Source: a virus (Duplodnaviria > Caudoviricetes). From it: a stretch of 64,000 nucleotides of DNA. Position numbers and translations under genes: made by a program. Of the stretch, positions 29,729-38,248 are shown piece by piece. How positions within the stretch are numbered: the stretch's first letter is position 1; the number at the start of each line of letters is the position of its first letter. The stretch lies in the IMG/VR virus record IMGVR_UViG_3300033183_000145, positions 1,028-65,027 of that record. One strand, given 5' to 3'. The notes beneath the pieces are model-generated. The model was given only the letters and a program-made list of their open reading frames with translations. It was not told where the DNA came from and did no database searches.

Positions 29729-30305
29729 AGAGGATGTCTTCTGCGCGGACTCTAAAGTACTTAATTCCGTCTATAGTTATCTCGTAGTCTCGGTTTTTTT
29801 TAATACCCACAACATCGCCAGTATACACCCCAAGTTCTTCGAGCCAAGGAGCATCGAAAGCAATGCGAGCTTTTCGAACGGGAGACTCAGTAAGCTTGAC
29901 CACTTCAATGAGGTCGCTCTGCTCGCCAGGAGAAGGGTCTTCGTCCACAGGCGTGAGCAATGCCCAACCACCAAGAGTATATATGTGTCCACTTTCTGCA
30001 CTCTTGTAAGCTATAGCTTGGTTGTTGATTGTGTGCTCTGGGTCATATCTAACCAAGAAGTGCTTGTCGTGGCCAGTAAGTACCTGGCCCTCATTGAGCA
30101 CCACTAGGTGGTGGAAGTACAGAGTATCGCCCTCTTTGACCCCTGTGTTGTGCTTCATAGGGGAGGCTATAACGGGCCCCTCTGTCACTCTGTGCTGGAA
30201 CTCGTTAAACTTAGAGTCGATGTGTAGCGTAAGACCTCCTTCGGTCGTAATCGTGTCGTTGATCTGCTTATCTAGCTCTACAACGAATAGATCAAGAGTC
30301 TTCAT
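29700..30305 (-). CDS. GroES-like co-chaperonin (tandem domain)
   Basis: TTEGGL.L...G.V.A.P....VKEGD.LYF, then a second GV..GDVVG....YEI.IDG.KY.RVR.EDIL unit. Confidence 0.65.
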   Translation of the reverse strand: MKTLDLFVVELDKQINDTITTEGGLTLHIDSKFNEFQHRVTEGPVIASPMKHNTGVKEGDTLYFHHLVVLNEGQVLTGHDKHFLVRYDPEHTINNQAIAYKSAESGHIYTLGGWALLTPVDEDPSPGEQSDLIEVVKLTESPVRKARIAFDAPWLEELGVYTGDVVGIKKNRDYEITIDGIKYFRVRAEDILYVEEEVHND

Positions 30306-30459
30306 TTTTATAGGGAAACATTTGATTCAATTTATCGCGCCGCGCAGCGCATCCGCAATCGGATGGGCCGTATTTCTCAACGAGCTTTTTAATTCCTGTG
30401 GCCTTAGTGATCTTCTCTACAGTATCGCCAAGACCCTTGCTGTTAGAAGTTGCAGTCAT
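30292..30459 (-). CDS. Small conserved phage protein (55 aa)
   Basis: Manual ORF with KGLGDTVEKITKATGIKK...DCGC..RRDKLN.MFPY. Confidence 0.6.
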   Translation of the reverse strand: MTATSNSKGLGDTVEKITKATGIKKLVEKYGPSDCGCAARRDKLNQMFPYKNEDS

Positions 30460-30679
30460 ATTCAATTATACATGGCATTTCGTCAACGCACTTCCACAGT
30501 ACCTGTGCGTCGTCCTGTTGCAAATATACAAGGTATCTTTTCTTACCGTGCTTGTACAGATGTTCTTCGTCCATAACTATTGTCGACACCTCGCCTGCGC
30601 CAGCTCTCATGCCAACGTAATAAGCCATGGCATCCTTCGGGTCTCTCCCGATGATGATCTTCCTAATAAGTCCGTCCAT
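30443..30679 (-). CDS. Hypothetical protein
   Basis: 78 aa; IRKIIIGRDPKDAMAYYVG; coupled to neighbours. Confidence 0.65.
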   Translation of the reverse strand: MDGLIRKIIIGRDPKDAMAYYVGMRAGAGEVSTIVMDEEHLYKHGKKRYLVYLQQDDAQVLWKCVDEMPCIIEYDCNF

Positions 30680-30984
30680 TAGTTCAATGAAATACCGAGG
30701 TCACCGAGAAGGCTGTCTAGATCGGGCCCGTTCTGATCCTCGTATGTGTTAGATATGAATTTTACCATCTCCTCCATTTCCTCTTGAGAACCAAGGTTGT
30801 AGCTGAACAGCGCTTTCATCTGCGACGTCTCTTCGTCGATAGGTTCAAGCACCCCAGTAACAACGACGGACATGACTCTGTCTCTCATATCGTACTTCTC
30901 TATGAGCATCTCCATTTCGTGATGAAGCTGCTGCATTTCCATGAGAAAATCGTACTCTTCTTTATCTTTGTCTTCCATCATCAC
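30679..30984 (-). CDS. Acidic hypothetical protein
   Basis: 101-aa ORF. Confidence 0.55.
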   Translation of the reverse strand: MMMEDKDKEEYDFLMEMQQLHHEMEMLIEKYDMRDRVMSVVVTGVLEPIDEETSQMKALFSYNLGSQEEMEEMVKFISNTYEDQNGPDLDSLLGDLGISLN

Positions 30985-30992
30985 TTCAGTTT

Positions 30993-31418
30993 ATGCCCAA
31001 AAGCGTCGTCTCAAAGAAGAAACTCTTCAGGGAGTTTTCTAGATTAAATCAAAGGTACGTAAAAAACAACTACCTCAAGAGACTCAGAACCACGGTAAAA
31101 GACTTCTGCAGAGACAAGGATATCTTCGAAAAGGAGCTTATGTTCTTGCTGTGGGCTTACGACCTAGAGTTCTGGACGCTACGACACGCAGCTGAAGATT
31201 ACGACTACTCAGAGAAGAAGCTTGGCGAACGCATTGTATATGAGCTAGTTAAGCAAGGTTACATCTACAAACACTTTGATAAGATGACCCCGTCACAAAC
31301 CATGGAGGATCACTTGTTTAGAGATGAAACCAAGTACAACTACAGGGTTAGATACGCTATAACGCAAAAAGCCCGCTTGTTAGTGCAGGCTTTTTACAAT
31401 AGACTTGAAGCAGGTTAA
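30993..31418 (+). CDS. Putative winged-helix (MarR-like) DNA-binding protein
   Basis: 141 aa; ELMFLLW.YD.EF.T...LVKQGYI...RYAITQKAR; only plus-strand gene in the late arm. Confidence 0.5.
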   Translation: MPKSVVSKKKLFREFSRLNQRYVKNNYLKRLRTTVKDFCRDKDIFEKELMFLLWAYDLEFWTLRHAAEDYDYSEKKLGERIVYELVKQGYIYKHFDKMTPSQTMEDHLFRDETKYNYRVRYAITQKARLLVQAFYNRLEAG

Positions 31419-32512
31419 AGATCCCCGAACTGAAGTGTTACAGGCCCTCCAGGGACCATTGTCTGGAGGTTGCCTCCAGTATTATTAGAAACACCAATAA
31501 CGACTCCTCCTTGACCTGAAAACAGGTAATCACCGTAGTAGTCATCAGGAACGCCATCGTCATCTGAGTCGACACCTATGGAGTAGCTACACATTTCAAA
31601 GCCCCACCATGGGTTAATTTCAGCGTTGATACCCTCAAGGTATATGATGTCGCCGTAATTCCAGTTATTCGTAAATGGCAAGCTTTGGTTCATGTCGAGA
31701 CCAAAGTTAGCATCTAGCCCGTATGGTCCGTTTACACCGTCAAGCCCCTGTCCAGCAGGGTGAAAGACCTGACCCTGATACTCCCAGAGGCACTTGTGGA
31801 GAGGTAGTTGCTGTACAGAAAAGTGATAATGATAGGCATATTCTGGCAAATAACCTGTTCCATCTTGCATCCAAGGCTCGGAGCCAGTTGTTCCCCAGTT
31901 GCCTGGGACACCACCAATGCCATATCCACCGCTTCCCTGATTTGGATTCCAGCTACCATCAAATGCGAGGAATGGAATCAGGTTTTTTACTTCGAACCAA
32001 CATGGATGGACAGTCCCATCAGTTCTTTTTACTAGGGCTTTCGACGTGAGCCTCAGGGAATAATACATCATCCCTGGCATAATGGCAATGAGTCCCCAGG
32101 TTCCATTGCTAGGGTATCCCTGATGGGTTGTCATTATGAGGTCAAAGTTCAGGTTTATACTCCCGCTTGCGTTAAGGAAGTATTGACCACCTTGAGTAGT
32201 AGTGCCCCAGTACTGCTGGAACTCCATGACGTCTATGCCAGCAAAGTTGCCAAAAAGAGGTGGCTCTGGATTAAGCTGAATTTGAGGCCCGTAACCTTCT
32301 TGACCCAAACCAACCTGAGATGAGTTGTAAGTGGTTCCCCATTGCATCAGCTGACATGAATTGTCAGGCGGGGGGTTGGTGGGCAGCTGAACTACCTGGG
32401 GGCCAGCATACACAGAGCTATCCTGAGACGGCATAGGGGGTATTCTAAAAGGCTTCGTCTTAGACGCTTTAGTTGTCCTTCTGTCCGCTGTTTTTCTTCT
32501 TCTAAATGCCAT
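31415..32512 (-). CDS. Hypothetical protein (Gly/aromatic-rich)
   Basis: Likely start MAFRRRK at 32512 (TAATG coupling). Confidence 0.55.
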   Translation of the reverse strand: MAFRRRKTADRRTTKASKTKPFRIPPMPSQDSSVYAGPQVVQLPTNPPPDNSCQLMQWGTTYNSSQVGLGQEGYGPQIQLNPEPPLFGNFAGIDVMEFQQYWGTTTQGGQYFLNASGSINLNFDLIMTTHQGYPSNGTWGLIAIMPGMMYYSLRLTSKALVKRTDGTVHPCWFEVKNLIPFLAFDGSWNPNQGSGGYGIGGVPGNWGTTGSEPWMQDGTGYLPEYAYHYHFSVQQLPLHKCLWEYQGQVFHPAGQGLDGVNGPYGLDANFGLDMNQSLPFTNNWNYGDIIYLEGINAEINPWWGFEMCSYSIGVDSDDDGVPDDYYGDYLFSGQGGVVIGVSNNTGGNLQTMVPGGPVTLQFGDL

Positions 32513-32658
32513 TATGCTGGTGTGTTGTCGTCTCTGAGTTGTGTGAAATAAGTAACTACATCCTGAGGCATATTTGGGAAGCTCAAGACGTTTATTGCCC
32601 ACCAATACTTTTCTATTGAAGACAGGGTGGGGGACGGTATGATATCAGATAACTGCAT
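32512..32658 (-). CDS. Small hypothetical protein (48 aa)
   Basis: Manual ORF MQLSDIIPSP...DDNTPA with TAATG overlaps at both ends. Confidence 0.5.
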   Translation of the reverse strand: MQLSDIIPSPTLSSIEKYWWAINVLSFPNMPQDVVTYFTQLRDDNTPA

Positions 32659-33134
32659 TACTTAGTGGCGTTCGTGAGTGAAACTGTGACAGAAACGCTA
32701 GCTGTATTGTACTCAGCCTGATCTACGTCGAAAGAAAAAGTAAAGCTGTTGCTTCCAGATCCATTGTGAGCAGCTGCTATACCGCTATTCGAAGCGACAC
32801 TGTGTAAGCCGACCCTTATGCTGTGGACAGTAACAATCTGCCCAAGGTCTATCAGAGTAGACGAAAGAGAGGAGGTTTGTCCAGTCGTATTGTTCGTGAC
32901 CTGATAATTAGATACCGTGTAAGAACCTAGGCTTCCAGTCCAGTCGTTAGCCTGGTCCATATAAAAGTATACGCTGATAGCGTTTGAGCCCCCTGAAGTA
33001 GACGCCTGAGGAGTTGTAATACCACCAAGGACTGTTACCGTCCAGTCAGTGCCAGTGGGGGCAGCGTTCTTCTGAACCCTTGCCCCATCGTTGGTGGGGG
33101 ACGTTACTATACCTGATCCAAGTCCTAGCATCAC
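32658..33134 (-). CDS. Hypothetical virion-associated protein
   Basis: 158 aa; MLGLG N-terminus, Ser/Thr- and beta-rich. Confidence 0.5.
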   Translation of the reverse strand: MMLGLGSGIVTSPTNDGARVQKNAAPTGTDWTVTVLGGITTPQASTSGGSNAISVYFYMDQANDWTGSLGSYTVSNYQVTNNTTGQTSSLSSTLIDLGQIVTVHSIRVGLHSVASNSGIAAAHNGSGSNSFTFSFDVDQAEYNTASVSVTVSLTNATK

Positions 33135-33601
33135 TTGAACATTACTTCGTAAACCACTTTTCCTTGATCATCGCGAACAGCTTTGAGACACCTACCACGA
33201 TTATCCCCATCATAAACGAAAGAGACGTGAACCCAATCAGGATTGTCTTCATCGCCAAACTCCCAAATGAGCTGATCAAACGTAAGATTGTTGAGTATAT
33301 AGCGGAAGATTTCACCGTTTGTACAGCGTCCGTATACGTCTGCGTCCAAATCAAGTGCTCTGCCTTCCACATGCTGACTGCGCTTCGAACCACCGATAGC
33401 AGTGTTGAGGTCAGCTGAACGATAGCCGCTCGACACGTATATAGGACACTGGAAAGCGTCCCTAAGAGGTTGAAATACGTTGATCGCAACTTGACGAAGA
33501 TTTTCTGTAGTCCAGTCATCTGGTGTGTTATCTATTCCTAGTCTCTTAGCCGTTGTGCTTTTTGTTGCCTCGGCGAGCGACAGATTTTTTGACAGCTTCA
33601 T
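33131..33601 (-). CDS. Endolysin, peptidase M15A family
   Basis: SSGYRS..LN.AIGGS..SQH..G.A.D and FDQLIWE...WVHVS zinc-peptidase motifs. Confidence 0.9.
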   Translation of the reverse strand: MKLSKNLSLAEATKSTTAKRLGIDNTPDDWTTENLRQVAINVFQPLRDAFQCPIYVSSGYRSADLNTAIGGSKRSQHVEGRALDLDADVYGRCTNGEIFRYILNNLTFDQLIWEFGDEDNPDWVHVSFVYDGDNRGRCLKAVRDDQGKVVYEVMFK

Positions 33602-33677
33602 TATTTAGGCGTCGTTTTTCATTCTCTACTCCAGGGTCCTTTCGCTTCTGCTTGGGGTTGAAGTAGTGTTTTTTCAA

Positions 33678-34106
33678 TTATGCCGCAACAAACAGTTCAA
33701 CATTGCATGCCGCTGAATTAGCAACGGCTTTAATAGAGTCTATATTGGCCAGAGAAGCTACTGCTGCTCCAGCATCATCATCAGTGTCCATCACCGTCTC
33801 AAACAAGACAAAGGAATCGCCAGCTGAGATCTTAACGAAGTACTCGTCGTCTCCTGACGTCATTCTAAGGGTGATGTAGTTAGTAGTGTCCAGGTTCGTG
33901 ATACGAACATAGTCTACGCTGCTATCGGCAAACTGGCCAGCAGCCTCCGCTGTATCGAAAAGGACCAGAGACTGTTCTGTAGTCCCCACCTTTACGATAC
34001 GTTGGTCGAGCTGGGTGATACCCGTGATGTCGATCACGTTAGTAGATCCTCTCTCCGAACCGTTGAGAGTGATCTCTTCTTTGATTGTTACTGTAAGTGT
34101 TGCCAT
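33678..34106 (-). CDS. Small beta-rich structural protein
   Basis: MATLTVTIKEEITLNG...YVRITNLDTTNYITL. Confidence 0.6.
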   Translation of the reverse strand: MATLTVTIKEEITLNGSERGSTNVIDITGITQLDQRIVKVGTTEQSLVLFDTAEAAGQFADSSVDYVRITNLDTTNYITLRMTSGDDEYFVKISAGDSFVLFETVMDTDDDAGAAVASLANIDSIKAVANSAACNVELFVAA

Positions 34107-34987
34107 TATCTAGGGAGTCTTGCGCCAAGCATAGCCATAAGCATCTTTTGTTGCTCTGGAGAGAGCTTCGATCCTTTCTTGGATATTCTCATTCCGTTTT
34201 TTCCAGCATACTGGCCAAAAGCCTGAAGAGCCCCCATAAGATCAAATCCAGATCCGTCGTCGAAGTTCTCTTCAGCTGGTCCGAAATTCTGTATCCCCTG
34301 ATCTACCGACTCCCCAGCATAATCGAAATTCTCATCAGCTGGATCAAAGTTCTGGATACCAAGATCTACTGACTCTCCAGCATAGTCAAAGTTTTCTTCG
34401 GCTGGATCAAAGTTCTCAATAGGCAACAAGCCTTCCCCTACATTTCCTCCAGGTGTAGCCAAACCTCTCTGTCCAGGTTGAGCTCCAGGAACGCTTGCAG
34501 CGTCTTTTTTAAGCAAGCCTATAGCCTTAGGTGCTTGTTTGAGAATTTGCTGTTGAACCTTTGGGTTTGAGATAGCTTTGGCCATCTTTGGAGCCAGCTG
34601 TTTAGCCGCCCCCTTACCCAAAATCTTACCAGCCAAACCAGAAAGGCCTCCAGCGCCCTTAACAGCTCCTGCAAGCGCAGGGGCACCAAAAGCTGCACCA
34701 GCAGCCAGGGCACCAGCCGCTATACCTTTCTTTGCTCTGTCTTTCTGTACGTTTCTGAGGTAATCGAGTCTATCGGCGCTCTGAGTGCCGTACTCGTTTA
34801 ATTTGCCCTGTCTCTCAAGCTTCTTGAGGTGCCTTTTTTCTCTCCTGAGTGCGGCACCTTTGGTTTTCAAGAGGCCACGGTTGGCATACGCCATGTTGAT
34901 CCCTCTGCCAGCACCCTCCATATCAGCGTACTTGGCTTGGGAGTTTCCGAAGAAGCCTCCTCTCTTGTATTCTTTGGTTACTTGCAT
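34106..34987 (-). CDS. Hypothetical protein with hydrophobic Ala/Gly segment and acidic tandem repeats
   Basis: 293 aa; TATATTTG at 34993-35000. Confidence 0.6.
   Translation of the reverse strand: MQVTKEYKRGGFFGNSQAKYADMEGAGRGINMAYANRGLLKTKGAALRREKRHLKKLERQGKLNEYGTQSADRLDYLRNVQKDRAKKGIAAGALAAGAAFGAPALAGAVKGAGGLSGLAGKILGKGAAKQLAPKMAKAISNPKVQQQILKQAPKAIGLLKKDAASVPGAQPGQRGLATPGGNVGEGLLPIENFDPAEENFDYAGESVDLGIQNFDPADENFDYAGESVDQGIQNFGPAEENFDDGSGFDLMGALQAFGQYAGKNGMRISKKGSKLSPEQQKMLMAMLGARLPR
34260..34416 (-). repeat. Intragenic 63-nt (21-aa) tandem repeat, about 2.5 copies
   Basis: NFDPAEENFDYAGESVDLGIQ / NFDPADENFDYAGESVDQGIQ / NFGPAEENFD. Confidence 0.85.
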
Positions 34988-35012
34988 GATTGCAAATATA
35001 ACCAGAGAATTT

Positions 35013-35492
35013 TTAGTAGAATCTGTCCTTCCTGAGTCTCATAAGGCCCCCGTCAGCATAGAGGTCAGCTGCCCAGGCTGCAGCCTTCGCAGAATTCTTA
35101 GCTCCCCAACCGAGAGGTTCTCCCTTGTAGTCTTTTGAGTTGTCAAGAATGCTCTCAAAGAGCGGGCCTGTATCAAGATTGTAGTTTTCGGTAAGACCAC
35201 CAAGTGTTTCTTTAATCTCAGGCAGTCTTTCCTGGAGCTGATCCTTAAACTCAAGAAGCTTAAGCTTACCTTCTTCATCCCTTGGCATCTTAAATGTCTG
35301 AATCATACCTAAAAGGCCTTTCATCTCCTCATCGGTCATATTCTGCATCTTTTCGTAGTCCAGACCCTCAAGGTTTTCCACTGGGAAGTCTCCGAGATCA
35401 ACAAGTGCTGATGCTCTCTTTATAAAGTCTGCTTTTGGGTCACCAGGATTGCTGGATTTACCCCCTGATTCGAATCTTCTAAGTGTTCTCAT
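35013..35492 (-). CDS. Hypothetical protein
   Basis: 159 aa; FESGG and YADGG motifs at the termini. Confidence 0.6.
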   Translation of the reverse strand: MRTLRRFESGGKSSNPGDPKADFIKRASALVDLGDFPVENLEGLDYEKMQNMTDEEMKGLLGMIQTFKMPRDEEGKLKLLEFKDQLQERLPEIKETLGGLTENYNLDTGPLFESILDNSKDYKGEPLGWGAKNSAKAAAWAADLYADGGLMRLRKDRFY

Positions 35493-35661
35493 GTTTAGAT
35501 ATAACTATTCTTGCGCCATAAAGAAAAAGGATTCATCTTTGTACACACAAAAACCAACTTTGAATGTTTAATTACTTCTGAATCGCTTCGATACCGTAAA
35601 GGTATAAAGGAATTTTTTAAAAGTCAAGACTAAAGTGATGCTTTAACAAGAATAACGTAAG

Positions 35662-35982
35662 TTATTCAAAACCAAGGAGTTCGAGCATAGAATTTTGAGC
35701 TGCGTTTTCTCCAACTTGCCTCGTAGACTCGTTTAAAAGATCGTTTATCACCCTTTGAGCCTTAGTTTTCCCCTTTTTGAGGATGTTTTTAGCAGCTGAA
35801 GTACCAGCTTTAGCAAGGCCTCTACCCAAAAGGAGCGCTTCAAGCATTAATTCAGGCTTCATCTTCACTGGACCGTCCTCAAAACCGTACAGATCCATAG
35901 AAACGCTTCGGTTAGAAGGTGCATTTTCAGGCCTAGCTACAGCCTCCTTGACAGGATCTCCTGTTTTTCTAATAGTTCTCAT
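35662..35982 (-). CDS. Hypothetical protein, first gene of the leftward arm
   Basis: 106 aa; TACCTTTG at 35988-35995, 5 nt before ATG. Confidence 0.6.
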   Translation of the reverse strand: MRTIRKTGDPVKEAVARPENAPSNRSVSMDLYGFEDGPVKMKPELMLEALLLGRGLAKAGTSAAKNILKKGKTKAQRVINDLLNESTRQVGENAAQNSMLELLGFE

Positions 35983-36055
35983 AAGAGCAAAGGTAAAAAA
36001 TGCTCAGTAATACGTATCTGGGGGATTATATATACTTTCAGACGAGCGCGCGCGT

Positions 36056-36385
36056 GAACCGAAACGGATTCCCCAACCCCACCCCCCTAATATCTTCGAT
36101 ATTAGCGCAAATACTTTTAGCTTTTTACCTACTGACTTTCAGTCAGTTAGGTAGCCTCAGCTCTACCACTGATGCAAAGACCTGCGAAGCTTGTGCCGTC
36201 TTCGTTGCGGTGGGACAATCCCTCCCCAATCCATCCTTGAACCCTGACTCTTCCCCTTTCAGGGGAAACATTCGGTTCCGATTTGGTGGCTCTTCACGTT
36301 GGCTAACCTACGGATACAACAAGTTGTATCTCAGTGTGTTAGCAGGTTTCAACTCCACTACTACTACCAAGGGTAGTATGTAGTG
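36056..36385. other. Non-coding divergence region packed with hairpins (control region / possible origin or genome end)
   Basis: Inverted repeats at 36087-36105, 36126-36153, 36251-36267, 36313-36330 and 36356-36385; strand-switch point. Confidence 0.6.
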
Positions 36386-36401
36386 AAAAGCTGAGAGTGT
36401 A

Positions 36402-36470
36402 GAGAGATGTATTAAATGAAACGAAACTCTATGAGTTTCATTTAATACATTCTCTCATGTCAAACTTCAA
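36402..36470 (+). repeat. Early-region hairpin + TCAAACTTCAA element, copy 1
   Basis: gagagatgtattaaatgaaac...gtttcatttaatacattctctc; motif at 36460-36470 lies in the first codons of the ORF. Confidence 0.75.
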
Positions 36471-37044
36471 TTTCTCCGACTGCCGTAAGGCAACCAACCA
36501 AGCCATCTTCCGTCCAACTGCGGCCCGCAAAGCAGAAGCTGTAAAGCTTCTGACTGAAGCCTTGGACTTCATCAACAACCTCGAAGAGGTTGCCGACAAG
36601 CCTTCGAAGAAGGCTAAGACGAAGAAGCGTCGTCGTAAGACGACGAAGAAAGCGACTCCACAGCAACGAGTTGCTGACCGTCAAGAGAAAGCCTTCCACG
36701 GGAAGGCTGACAGCCCAGTCAAGCCTTGTTCCAAGGCTAAGACAGCTTCGGTAGAAGCTGCAAGAGAGTCAGCTAAAGCTGTTAGCGAAGCTACTGGTGC
36801 TGCTCAGAGAGCAGCAAAGAGAGCTGAACTCAAGGCTGAAGCCTTGAAGAAAGAGGCTAAAGCCTCTGAAGCGAAGCCGAAAGCTTCGAAGAAAGCGGTT
36901 GCTCAACCAAAGGTTGACGACTCTCGACTCTCTTCCTTGGAAGAGAAGATTGAGATGCTGACCAAGCTGATGGCCTTGCAGATGCAGGGTGAGCCTACAC
37001 AGGTCGAAACTGTTAGTTTCGATGAACTCCCTTTCGAACTCTAA
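36457..37044 (+). CDS. Lys/Ala-rich histone H1-like early protein
   Basis: 195 aa; K/A-rich low-complexity core; acidic-aromatic tail SFDELPFEL. Confidence 0.65.
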   Translation: MSNFNFSDCRKATNQAIFRPTAARKAEAVKLLTEALDFINNLEEVADKPSKKAKTKKRRRKTTKKATPQQRVADRQEKAFHGKADSPVKPCSKAKTASVEAARESAKAVSEATGAAQRAAKRAELKAEALKKEAKASEAKPKASKKAVAQPKVDDSRLSSLEEKIEMLTKLMALQMQGEPTQVETVSFDELPFEL

Positions 37045-37057
37045 TCCTTCATTGAAA

Positions 37058-37216
37058 ATGAACATTTGGCAACAACACATCAACGCCGACTACCATAGAA
37101 TGGTAGACGAAATCAAAGATATGGCTCGTTTCCAAGGAAACGACAAGGCGCTTGAGATGCTCGATGCAGTCATCGACTGCCTCAATGCTCAAAGAGCACA
37201 ATTCGAACAACTCTAA
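37058..37216 (+). CDS. Small early protein
   Basis: MNIWQQHINADY..., 52 aa. Confidence 0.55.
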   Translation: MNIWQQHINADYHRMVDEIKDMARFQGNDKALEMLDAVIDCLNAQRAQFEQL

Positions 37217-37226
37217 TTCATCGAAG

Positions 37227-37316
37227 ATGGACATCAACATCATCCTTTACGCCGTGTGCCTTCCGCTGAAAATCGTGACGCTCGCCTTGCTTTGGGTCGA
37301 TGCCAACTACGAATAA
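37227..37316 (+). CDS. Small hydrophobic (membrane) peptide, 29 aa
   Basis: MDINIILYAVCLPLKIVTLALLWVDANYE. Confidence 0.45.
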   Translation: MDINIILYAVCLPLKIVTLALLWVDANYE

Positions 37317-37322
37317 ACCCTT

Positions 37323-37408
37323 AGAGAGTCTTAGTATATATACTCTCTCTGAACGTAGTGAAGAGAGTATATATACAAGACACTCTTGAAACCTTTTTCA
37401 AACTTCAA
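37323..37408 (+). repeat. Early-region hairpin + TCAAACTTCAA element, copy 2
   Basis: agagagtcttagtatatatactctct-ctGAacGTAgtGA-agagagtatatatacaagacactct; motif at 37398-37408. Confidence 0.9.
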
Positions 37409-37418
37409 TTCAATCGCT

Positions 37419-37565
37419 ATGCAAAACTTTGCAGACATCCGCCGTCAGCTGATTGCTGACATCCTCGACTCTCACCTCTCCTTCGACGCAGTCCGTGCGA
37501 CTACGGACTGGGAGCAACTCACCTGCTTGGAGCAGATGACGTTGGAGGACTTGATTGATATGTAA
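37419..37565 (+). CDS. Small early protein (48 aa)
   Basis: MQNFADIRRQLIADILDS...; ATG 10 nt after the motif. Confidence 0.55.
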   Translation: MQNFADIRRQLIADILDSHLSFDAVRATTDWEQLTCLEQMTLEDLIDM

Positions 37566-37578
37566 TATCAATTTCACA

Positions 37579-37628
37579 GGCACACTGATGAGTCCTGAAT
37601 GGACGAAACGCCGTGAGGCGTCTGTGTC
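37579..37628 (+). ncRNA. Hammerhead ribozyme, type I
   Basis: Stem I GGCACA/UGUGUC, core CUGAUGA, stem II GUCC-UGAAU-GGAC, GAAA, stem III CGCC-GUGA-GGCG, GUC cleavage triplet (cut after 37622). Confidence 0.93.
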
Positions 37629-37649
37629 AAACTTCAAATTTCATCTACG

Positions 37650-38009
37650 ATGACAATAAAATCCTTATACTTCCTCGTTCAAGAGGGCGAGGGCTTCAGC
37701 GTCTGTGCTGACTTGCTCACCTACGGAGGTGGCGGCTATGCCGTCGGAGGTTCAGTCCCTGCCGTCGGCGTGTACAAGTACAAGAACGACGAGCTTTCGT
37801 TCAATCGTTTCAAAGAAACGATGGTGAATCTCCAGCGCGTATCAACTGATGTGACGCAGGTGATTGGTGCTTGGGTCGATGCCGACGGCATCGCTTACCT
37901 CGAAATCTCTGACGTAGTGCTTTCCAAGCAAGTGGCTCTCGAACTTGCACGAGCACGTGGAGAGAAAGCCGTCTACGACTTCGCTAACTCTGAATCCATC
38001 TACGTATGA
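37650..38009 (+). CDS. Early hypothetical protein
   Basis: 119 aa; IGAWVD...YLEISDV.....ALELA..RGEKAVYD conserved-looking motif. Confidence 0.65.
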   Translation: MTIKSLYFLVQEGEGFSVCADLLTYGGGGYAVGGSVPAVGVYKYKNDELSFNRFKETMVNLQRVSTDVTQVIGAWVDADGIAYLEISDVVLSKQVALELARARGEKAVYDFANSESIYV

Positions 38010-38233
38010 ACATCTGGGAACGCTACCCCAAGCGGGGCACGACGAGCGATTGGCGCCCCAAGGCGGTGCCAACCGACGAGTACCGAATGGTCTACTACTA
38101 CGGCTTCGACCGAGATGATTGGGATGCGCTCACGTTCAAGGCGTGGTCACTCGACCACGCGAAAGAGCGGGCACTCGAACTCGTCCCTAATGGACACCGC
38201 ATCAAGTCAGTCAAACCTGTTGATAATCAGTAA
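38006..38233 (+). CDS. Early hypothetical protein
   Basis: 75 aa, ATGA-coupled. Confidence 0.6.
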   Translation: MNIWERYPKRGTTSDWRPKAVPTDEYRMVYYYGFDRDDWDALTFKAWSLDHAKERALELVPNGHRIKSVKPVDNQ

Positions 38234-38248
38234 CTTAAACCCTTTCAG

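Noticed and set aside
36000-36383. 127-aa ORF from the ORF track
   Set aside because: It overlaps a hairpin-dense control region, has atypical composition and no convincing start context.
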